In this document: positions 57,019-64,000 of the stretch, piece by piece
Position numbering within the stretch: position 1 is the first letter of the stretch
Layout of the letters: each line of letters opens with the position of its first letter
Assembly (NCBI GenBank): GCA_026989335.1
Contig: JALSJN010000017.1
Span: 22,767 to 86,766, forward strand
Direction: 5' to 3'
DNA from: Thiotrichaceae bacterium
GTDB lineage: Bacteria > Pseudomonadota > Gammaproteobacteria > Thiotrichales > Thiotrichaceae
DNA length: 64,000 nucleotides
Notes under the pieces: generated by a model
Database searches by the model: none
The model's input: only the letters and a program-made list of their open reading frames with translations
Told to the model about the DNA's origin: nothing
Translations under genes and position numbers: made by a program

Positions 57019-57137
57019 ACTAGACCTTCCCACTTCTTTTTCTAGGGAAATAATCACACGTTTCAAATAACTTACGCAGCGAATTGTTGTGTGTGTTTAT
57101 TGTGAATCGTAATTTAATTTAGTTTAGGATTATCAAT

Positions 57138-58426
57138 ATGTTATCAGGATTTATAAAAGAAACGACGTTAAAGTTTATGATATTTAATGGTATCGCAATG
57201 AGTGGCTTGCTAGCGGTCTCACAAACTATTAATGCTGCACCATCACAACAACAGGTGTTACAAAATTTATCTTCTTTTCTTACACAGATAGAACGTAATC
57301 ACCCGAGATTTAAAATTGATCAGGCACATTTACAGGCGGCTAAAGCGAGAGTGCGTGCTGCTTCTCAACCATTATATAACCCAGAAATTAACCTGGATGT
57401 AGAACGCGTAAGTTTTAATCGGGAAGGACGTTCCGAAGCGGTTTTAGTGGGCGTTAGCAAAAGTTTTGATTGGCATGATAAACGATCGGCGCGAAAAAAT
57501 GCAGCGTTTATTGCACAAAAAGTGGTGGAGTCGAGTAAAGATAATACCCGTCAATCTTTGATTGCTGCAGTATTTTCAGCATTAGCAGATTATCAAGCGC
57601 AGCGCGAGATTATTGTCACACATGCCAAGCGTTTAACGTTAGCCAAACAAATGCTGGCCCAAGCACAGCGGCTTTATAAAGCAGGCGAGATCAGTAAGTT
57701 AGAGATGGAGCAAATTAGGCTCAGCCAAACACGCACTCAATTGACCTTGAATCAAGCGCAAACCAACTTAGCGACACAGACACAAAAGTTGGTAACTACT
57801 TCAGGTAGTGCGCGTAAAAACTGGCCATCATTACCTTATTCACCACCGCCTTTGAGCGCTGATAAATTAGACTATGATCAGCTGGTGAATAATTTACCGA
57901 TTTTAAAAACACAGACTCTGCGTATTGCACAAGCGCGTAGTGAGAGCGTTTAAAAGTTCGCGAAAAAAAGGTTGACCCAACATTTGGTATGCGTGTTGGG
58001 GCTGATGATTCTGAAGAAGTATTGGGGTTGACGGTTTCTATCCCATTAAATATTTATAACACCTATCAAGCAGAAGTAGATGTTGCACGCGCTAATATTA
58101 AAGTAGCCGAAGCAACCTTGGATGATAATAAATATCGGCTTAAATCAGAAGTAATATCAGCCGCAAAAACTTATCAACTTACCTACCAGAGCTGGAAATC
58201 GTGGCGGAAAATTGCCAGTAAGAGCCTTAAAAAGCAATCACATTTATTAATGCGGTTATGGCGTGCGGGTGAGCTAAGTACCTCCGATTATCTGGTGCAA
58301 TTAAATCAGATTAGAGAGGCAGAATTAAATAATGTCGAATTAAAAGGCAGTGTCTGGAAAGCATGGTTTAACTGGTTAGGTGTTAGTAATCAGCTGAACA
58401 ATTGGTTAAATGGACAAATCAAATAG
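57138..58426 (+). pseudogene. czcC: Outer-membrane efflux factor CzcC (TolC family), interrupted by a frameshift near 57944-57950
   Basis: ORFs 57138-57953 (271 aa) and 57989-58426 (145 aa) together give the ~416 aa of a CzcC-type OMF. The second frame is open from 57944 (..ERLKVREKKVDPTFGMRVG..) and the first stops at 57951. Confidence 0.7.
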
Positions 58427-59948
58427 GATAACAACAATGAAATCGAATCTAAAAAATACCCAAACAAAACGATCTGGTCTAATAGCAGTAGGTCTTTTAT
58501 TAATCGCATCTCCTTTTTTTCTTACTATGAACCTTTTTGCAGAAAATCAAAAACTGGTGAATGAGAGTCAGCAAGATCACGATCATGGAAAAGAAGAGAA
58601 TCATAGTGATAATCAAATGAACCCTATACCTATAGAAAAGGGTTCTAAAGGCAAAGATAATCATGACGATGATCACGAAGAAAATAAAGGACATGACGAC
58701 CATGACGATGATCACGAAGAAGATAAAGGACATGACGACCATGAAGAAGTTAAAGATGCTCATCAGGATCATGGTGGTGAAAGGGGTCATAAGGAAGGCG
58801 GAGATGAGGATGGCCATGAAGAAGAGGCGACATCTGATGTAGAGCTCAATAAAGATCAAATGAAAAAAGCGGGCATTAAAACACTAAGGATTAAAAAACA
58901 AGCCATTAGCAATAAAATTAGCGCATTAAGCGAGGTAAGGCTCAATCAATATAAAACCATTAATGTATCACCTCCAATCACTACAAGCGTTGAAAAGCGT
59001 CATGTACGTTTGGGGGACTCTGTTAAAAAAGGTCAATTGCTAGTGACACTGCACACCATTACATCGCCTGATGTTAAGGCAAGTATCTCTGCTGATAAGT
59101 TAACCAGAGCGGATATTAATGCCTCGATTACGACAACTGTAGCAGAGATGGAAGCCAATATTGCACAAGCAAAAGGAGAGTTAGAAGCAGCCAATGCAAC
59201 ATGGAATCGTTTACGTTTATTGGGCAAAGATGCCATTGCAGGTCGTCGTTTAACTGCGGCAAAAATTGCGCGTAATCAAGTAGCATCTAAATTGAGGGCT
59301 TATCAGCAAAGCCGTGCAAAAATAAAACAATTAGGAAAACCCAAAGCAACAGCGCCATCCTTTGTCGAAAAACATTACAAATTATATGCCGAACAATCGG
59401 GCATGGTGATCAAGGATGACTTTGTATTAGGTCAGGTGGTTAACCCTGAGGATGTGTTGCTCGTTATTAGTGATATGAACAGCTTATGGGTAGAGGCAAA
59501 TATCAAGCCTAACAATGTCAGCAAAATTAATGTGGGTGCACAAGCATTAATAAAAACAGATGATAAAACACTGCAAGGAAAAGTTATTTCAATCGGACGT
59601 TTAATTGATGAGAAAACTAGAACCTTAGCGGTACGTATTCAAGTTCAATCTAAAGACGCACGCCTTTATCCCGGTCAATTTGTTAAAACTCAAATTGATA
59701 CTCAAAAATCTCATGATGTGATTAGCGTACCGACCGAAGCAGTACTCCGAAGTAGCGATGGTGACTGGATGGTATTTGTAGAAGAAAAAGCTGGTCGTTT
59801 TGTACCCAAAGAAGTGGAGGTTGTGGACAATCTAGCGGACTCCGTTGTGATTAAAGGTATTGATGAAGGCACAACCATAGTGAGCAAAGGCGCGTTTTTT
59901 GTGCAGTCTGAATTCGCGAAAAGCGGTTTTTCCGTTCATAACCACTAG
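58410..59948 (+). CDS. czcB: Heavy-metal RND efflux periplasmic adaptor (CzcB/HlyD family) with His/Asp-rich N-terminal extension
   Basis: 512 aa. TM anchor, ~90-aa H/D/E-rich tract, then barrel-sandwich/lipoyl, coiled-coil and beta-barrel regions. ATG 58437 is an alternative start. Confidence 0.85.
   Translation: MDKSNRITTMKSNLKNTQTKRSGLIAVGLLLIASPFFLTMNLFAENQKLVNESQQDHDHGKEENHSDNQMNPIPIEKGSKGKDNHDDDHEENKGHDDHDDDHEEDKGHDDHEEVKDAHQDHGGERGHKEGGDEDGHEEEATSDVELNKDQMKKAGIKTLRIKKQAISNKISALSEVRLNQYKTINVSPPITTSVEKRHVRLGDSVKKGQLLVTLHTITSPDVKASISADKLTRADINASITTTVAEMEANIAQAKGELEAANATWNRLRLLGKDAIAGRRLTAAKIARNQVASKLRAYQQSRAKIKQLGKPKATAPSFVEKHYKLYAEQSGMVIKDDFVLGQVVNPEDVLLVISDMNSLWVEANIKPNNVSKINVGAQALIKTDDKTLQGKVISIGRLIDEKTRTLAVRIQVQSKDARLYPGQFVKTQIDTQKSHDVISVPTEAVLRSSDGDWMVFVEEKAGRFVPKEVEVVDNLADSVVIKGIDEGTTIVSKGAFFVQSEFAKSGFSVHNH
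58662..58749 (+). repeat. 39-bp in-frame tandem repeat x2.25 in czcB (encodes HDDDHEE[ND]KGHDD)
   Basis: The units at 58662-58700 and 58701-58739 differ at 2 positions, and a partial third unit follows. Confidence 0.9.
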
Positions 59949-59956
59949 GAGGATTT

Positions 59957-62900
59957 ATGCTAAATACAATTATAGATGCAGGTATAAAAAACCGTCTGTT
60001 AGTGGTGTTGGCGCTATTCGCCACATTGGTCGGTGGATATATGATTCTGCCAAAACTAAACTTAGATGCCTTTCCTGATGTTACCAATATTCAGGTACAA
60101 ATTAACACCGAGGCACGAGGCTTAGCGTCTGAGGAAGTTGAGCAATTGATTACTTTCCCGATAGAAGCGGTGATGTATGCCTTGCCGGATGTTGAAGAAG
60201 TGCGCTCTATTTCTAAAACGGGTTTGTCGGTTATTACCGTGGTGTTCAAAGAAGGCACGGATATTTACTTCGCTCGTCAGCTCGTATTTGAGCGTTTGCA
60301 AGCGGCGAAAGAAGATATTCCTGCAGGGGTTGGTACGCCCGAAATTGGCCCAAATACCTCGGGATTAGGACAAATTTTTCAGTATATGTTGCGCTCGGAT
60401 GATCCTAAATACGATGCGATTGCGCTAAGAAGTTTAAATGACTGGGTGGTTAAATTATTAATTATGCCAGTTGATGGCGTGACTGATGTACTGAGTTATG
60501 GTGGCGAAGTGCGCCAATACCAAGTGCAGGTTGACCCTGAACGCTTACTAGCTTACGACCTTAATAACAGCGATGTAGTTGAGACAATCGAAGAAAATAA
60601 TCGTAATGCGGGTGGCTGGTATTTAGATCGGTTTGATGAGCAATTAGTGATTCGTGGTGTTGGTTGGATTCGCAGTGGCGAGGATGGCTTGCAAGATATT
60701 CGTAACATTCCGCTAAAAACGATTGATGGCAATGTGGTAAGAGTGGCAGATGTCGCCAAGGTCGCTTTTGGTGCGGAAATTCGTCAAGGTGCGGTCACTA
60801 TGATTAACCGGGATGATGAAGGCAAACCGCAAGCGTTAGGTGAAGTGGTGGTAGGTATCGTGCTCAAACGCATGGGTTCCAATACCAATACAACCATCAA
60901 CGGAATTAAAGATCGGCTACCGACAATTAAAAATGCATTACCCAAAGGCGTAACGATTGAGCCTTTTTACGATCAATCAGAACTGGTTGATGCTGCGGTA
61001 AGTACCGTAACACAGGCTTTGCTAATTGCCTTTGTACTTATCTTTGTGGTTTTGATGCTATTTTTGCTTAACCTTCGGGCGACATTGTTAGTGGTTATTT
61101 CAGTGCCTATTTCTATTGGCTTAGCTTTAATGATGATGGTGTATTTTGGTGTTTCGGCAAATTTAATGTCATTAGGTGGTTTGGCAATCGCGATTGGTAT
61201 GTTGGTCGATGGTTCGGTGGTGATGATGGAGCATATTTTTACACGTTTATCTGAGCATAATCGAAAAGGCGAAAAACAAATTGGTTTATTGATCCAAGAA
61301 TCCGCTAAAGAAGTCGGTCGCCCGGTATTTTTTGCGGTGATGATTATCGTCATTGTATTCTCGCCTTTATTTACTTTGCAGGGTGTAGAAGGCAAGTTGT
61401 TTCAGCCGATGGCAATTTCAATTGTCTTGGCAATGTTGGCATCTTTATTAGTGGCGTTATTGATTGTTCCCGCGTTGGCGAGTATTTTATTTCGCAACAG
61501 CGTCAAACACCGGGAAAGCCCTGTTGTAACACTATTGGAATTTTTGTATCGACCCTTCTTAAAAGGGGCTATTGCCTTGCGTTGGATAGTGGCACTTGTG
61601 GCACTGGTGATGTTTGCCGGTTCTTTGTGGTTAGCCACAACCTTAGGTACAGAATTTGTACCCGAGTTAGAAGAAGGCACGATTAATGTGCGTATCACGC
61701 TGGCACCTTCTTCTAGTTTAGCAACCTCATTAAAAGTCGCGCAACAACTGGAAAAAGAGGTAATGAACTTCCCCGAGGTGCTCTACGCCTCGTCACGCAT
61801 CGGTCGCGCCGAAATTGGCGGTGATCCAGAACCAGTTTCCAATGTAGAGATATTTATTGGCTTAAAACCAGTAGCAGAATGGACCAGCGCAAGCAATCGA
61901 AAAGCGTTACAAAAACTGATGGAAGAAAAAATGTCGACCTATCCGGGTTTGCTATTTTCATTCTCACAACCGATTGCGACCCGTGTGGATGAATTACTCT
62001 CTGGCGTTAAAGCGCAGTTAGCGATCAAACTTTTTGGCCCTGATTTAGAAACACTGGCAAAAACAGGCAAGGAGATTGAAGCCCTAGTGCGCAAAGTAGA
62101 AGGCACACGTGGCGTAGAAATGGAGCAAATCGCGGGTGAAGCACAGTTGGTTATCCGCCCTGATCGTGCCGCTTTGGCACGTTACGGGATTCCCGTCGGA
62201 CAAGTCATGTCATTAGTGTCTGATGCCATTGGTGGGGTTGAGGCTGGACAAGTGATTAAAGGAAATGAGCGTTACAATATTTATGTGCGTTTAGCTAAAT
62301 CACACCGCGACAAGGTCGAGGCGATTCGTCAATTAGTTTTAAAATCACCGCAAGGTGCTTGGGTCAACTTACGCGATGTCGCCAGTGTCAAAATCGAATC
62401 CGGTCCACCACAAATACGCCGTGACGATGTGCAACGCCGCGTGGTGATTCAATCCAATGTCGATGGTCGTGATATGGGTGGTTTAGTCGCCGAGCTGGAA
62501 GAGCGTATCAGCAGAGAAATTGATATGCCCGCAGGTTACAGCGTGGTCTTTGGTGGTCAGTTTGAAAACCAACAACGTGCGCAAAAACGTTTAATGATTG
62601 TGGTACCGTTATCGTTGGGTTTGATATTTCTATTGCTCTATTTTGCCTTTAGCTCGGTTGGGCAAGCATTGCTGATTATGTTGAATGTACCGCTGGCGTT
62701 AATTGGCGGGATTACGGCTTTATCTATAACAGGGCAGTATTTATCGGTGCCAGGTTCTATTGGATTCATTGCTTTATTTGGTATCGCAGTGCTTAACGGG
62801 GTGGTGATGGTTAACGCGATTAATCAAAAACATGAGGGAGGTCTTGGCATGAAAAAAGCCGTATTTGAAGGCGCACTGTCACGACTCAGGCCTGTGCTAA

Positions 62901-63082
62901 TGACTGCATTTACTTCCGCGTTAGGTTTAATCCCCATGTTACTCGCGACAGGTATTGGCTCTGAAGTACAAAAGCCTTTGGCAACGGTAGTGATTGGCGG
63001 TTTGGTTTCATCGATAATTCTGACTTTATTTGTATTGCCAGCGTTGTATGAAGTGTTTTCTAAACGCAAATACCAAGCCTAA
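59957..63082 (+). CDS. czcA: Heavy-metal efflux RND transporter (CzcA/CusA HME family)
   Basis: 1041 aa. 12-TM RND architecture with two large periplasmic loops, N-terminus ML...I......N..LV........GG. It directly follows the adaptor gene. Confidence 0.9.
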   Translation: MLNTIIDAGIKNRLLVVLALFATLVGGYMILPKLNLDAFPDVTNIQVQINTEARGLASEEVEQLITFPIEAVMYALPDVEEVRSISKTGLSVITVVFKEGTDIYFARQLVFERLQAAKEDIPAGVGTPEIGPNTSGLGQIFQYMLRSDDPKYDAIALRSLNDWVVKLLIMPVDGVTDVLSYGGEVRQYQVQVDPERLLAYDLNNSDVVETIEENNRNAGGWYLDRFDEQLVIRGVGWIRSGEDGLQDIRNIPLKTIDGNVVRVADVAKVAFGAEIRQGAVTMINRDDEGKPQALGEVVVGIVLKRMGSNTNTTINGIKDRLPTIKNALPKGVTIEPFYDQSELVDAAVSTVTQALLIAFVLIFVVLMLFLLNLRATLLVVISVPISIGLALMMMVYFGVSANLMSLGGLAIAIGMLVDGSVVMMEHIFTRLSEHNRKGEKQIGLLIQESAKEVGRPVFFAVMIIVIVFSPLFTLQGVEGKLFQPMAISIVLAMLASLLVALLIVPALASILFRNSVKHRESPVVTLLEFLYRPFLKGAIALRWIVALVALVMFAGSLWLATTLGTEFVPELEEGTINVRITLAPSSSLATSLKVAQQLEKEVMNFPEVLYASSRIGRAEIGGDPEPVSNVEIFIGLKPVAEWTSASNRKALQKLMEEKMSTYPGLLFSFSQPIATRVDELLSGVKAQLAIKLFGPDLETLAKTGKEIEALVRKVEGTRGVEMEQIAGEAQLVIRPDRAALARYGIPVGQVMSLVSDAIGGVEAGQVIKGNERYNIYVRLAKSHRDKVEAIRQLVLKSPQGAWVNLRDVASVKIESGPPQIRRDDVQRRVVIQSNVDGRDMGGLVAELEERISREIDMPAGYSVVFGGQFENQQRAQKRLMIVVPLSLGLIFLLLYFAFSSVGQALLIMLNVPLALIGGITALSITGQYLSVPGSIGFIALFGIAVLNGVVMVNAINQKHEGGLGMKKAVFEGALSRLRPVLMTAFTSALGLIPMLLATGIGSEVQKPLATVVIGGLVSSIILTLFVLPALYEVFSKRKYQA

Positions 63083-63097
63083 TTGGAGGATCATCTC

Positions 63098-64000
63098 ATG
63101 GATAGCAAGCAGCAGAAGCAGAATCAACATAAGCACCACGCTACTGATAATCAACCTGAAGATGCTCATAATCACAAAGAGCATCAGCATAGTGAACATG
63201 AAGACAGCAATGAAAAAAATAATGCCCACAATCACGAACACGGTGGTTTTTTAGGCGAAAATACCGAGCTTTATTTTGCTATAGGCAGTGGTGTTTTCTG
63301 GTTATCTGGTTTAATCCTATCGTTTGTTGGCGGGGTTCCTGAGTGGCTTCCGATCGGTTTGTTTATCGTTGCATTTTTACTCGGCGGTTATTTTACTTTA
63401 TTAGAAGCGATTGACACTATTCGTGGTGGTAATTTTGAGATTGATTTTCTCATGTTGGTTGCCGCTGCCGGTGCTGCTGCGTTAGGCAAATGGCAAGAAG
63501 GGGCATTGTTACTATTTTTGTTTAGCCTTGGTCATGCCTTAGAAGCTTACGCGATGAATAAAGCGCGTAAATCAGTTTCTGCGTTGGCAGATTTAGCCCC
63601 ACCTACCGCCGTTGTTAAACGTGATGGTAAACAACTTGAAATACCCATTGGTGATTTAAATATCGGTGATATTGTAGTGGTTAAACCGAATACGAAAATT
63701 GCCGCAGATGGTGTTATCGTTAAGGGAAATAGCGCCGTGAATCAGGCGCCGATAACGGGTGAGAGTATGCCTGTTGATAAGCAGCCCATTGAGAATACAG
63801 CGCTAGACTATGAACTGGATGTTTTATCAGCAGAAAACCGTGCCTTTGCAGGTACAATCAACGGTAGCAGTGCGCTTGAAGTAAAAGTATTGCGCAAAGC
63901 CAAAGACAGCACCTTGTCGCGCTTAATAAAATTAGTTCAAGATGCCGAGAGTCAAAAATCACCGACACAGCTATTAACCGATAAATTTCAACGTTACTTT
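63098..64000 (+). CDS. Heavy-metal translocating P-type ATPase (ZntA/CadA-like), 5' part only, continues beyond the window
   Basis: It is not in the ORF track because it has no stop in the window. ATG 63098 follows GGAGGA. It has a His-rich N-terminus (HKHHATDNQPEDAHNHKEHQHSEHE..HNHEH), TM helices, then the actuator motif PITGESMPV. Confidence 0.85.
   Translation, partial: MDSKQQKQNQHKHHATDNQPEDAHNHKEHQHSEHEDSNEKNNAHNHEHGGFLGENTELYFAIGSGVFWLSGLILSFVGGVPEWLPIGLFIVAFLLGGYFTLLEAIDTIRGGNFEIDFLMLVAAAGAAALGKWQEGALLLFLFSLGHALEAYAMNKARKSVSALADLAPPTAVVKRDGKQLEIPIGDLNIGDIVVVKPNTKIAADGVIVKGNSAVNQAPITGESMPVDKQPIENTALDYELDVLSAENRAFAGTINGSSALEVKVLRKAKDSTLSRLIKLVQDAESQKSPTQLLTDKFQRYF

Noticed and set aside
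58500-58859. 119-aa minus-strand ORF in czcB, plus ORFs 63026-63241 (-) and 63030-63254 (+) at the czcA/ATPase junction.
   Set aside because: They are artefacts of the GAT/CAT/GAA-rich His/Asp coding tracts, with hydrophobic poly-I/M/F translations. The true ATPase frame starts at 63098 behind GGAGGA.
1-64000. Scan of intergenic regions for tRNA, rRNA, tmRNA, 4.5S, RNase P or 6S RNA signatures, and for defence systems, prophage or integron hallmarks.
   Set aside because: I recognised none by eye. All ORFs of 60 aa or more are accounted for by the listed genes or rejected as antisense artefacts. A covariance-model scan (Infernal/Rfam, tRNAscan-SE) would be needed to exclude small RNAs.

Overview
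Visibly AT-rich gammaproteobacterial chromosomal segment; I cannot assign a genus from sequence alone. It is densely packed and mostly core housekeeping. In order: rne; a UDG-fold/psi-like gene overlapping rimI; pssA; fnr; ppc; a SulP permease; ribE-ribB(X)-ribH-nusB; recG; plsY; bioH; a tandem glycine riboswitch with gcvT-gcvH-gcvP-dgkA; an FNR box with ccoNOQP; mfd; minCDE; a Cys-less DsrC/TusE-like gene divergent from a periplasmic double-thioredoxin gene; mlaFED and mlaCB; a block of poorly characterised envelope/regulatory genes; fadE plus thiolase plus hydratase/dehydrogenase; rplM-rpsI. The window ends with a metal-efflux block: porin, small His/Cys protein, frameshifted czcC, czcB, czcA, and a His-rich P-type ATPase that runs off the window end. 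I found no rRNA, tRNA, CRISPR array, prophage, integron or recognisable defence island, and no clear-cut new multi-gene system. The best leads are: (1) the mla operon is split by an opposite-strand, frameshifted LVIVD-repeat lipoprotein gene whose promoter region holds an 8-bp tandem repeat; (2) a ~200-bp internally deleted IS256-family remnant sits directly after rne; (3) a MITE-like inverted-repeat element lies between ribE and ribBA, with a half copy after bioH; (4) a UDG-fold protein with degenerate catalytic motifs and a HolD-like N-terminus sits upstream of rimI; (5) a structured, apparently transcribed non-coding region lies upstream of rplM; (6) RNase E has an extreme N/Q-rich then Lys-rich tail; (7) the 41.4-47.0 kb block of uncharacterised envelope genes. 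All family assignments come from motif recognition by eye and memory; no searches were run.
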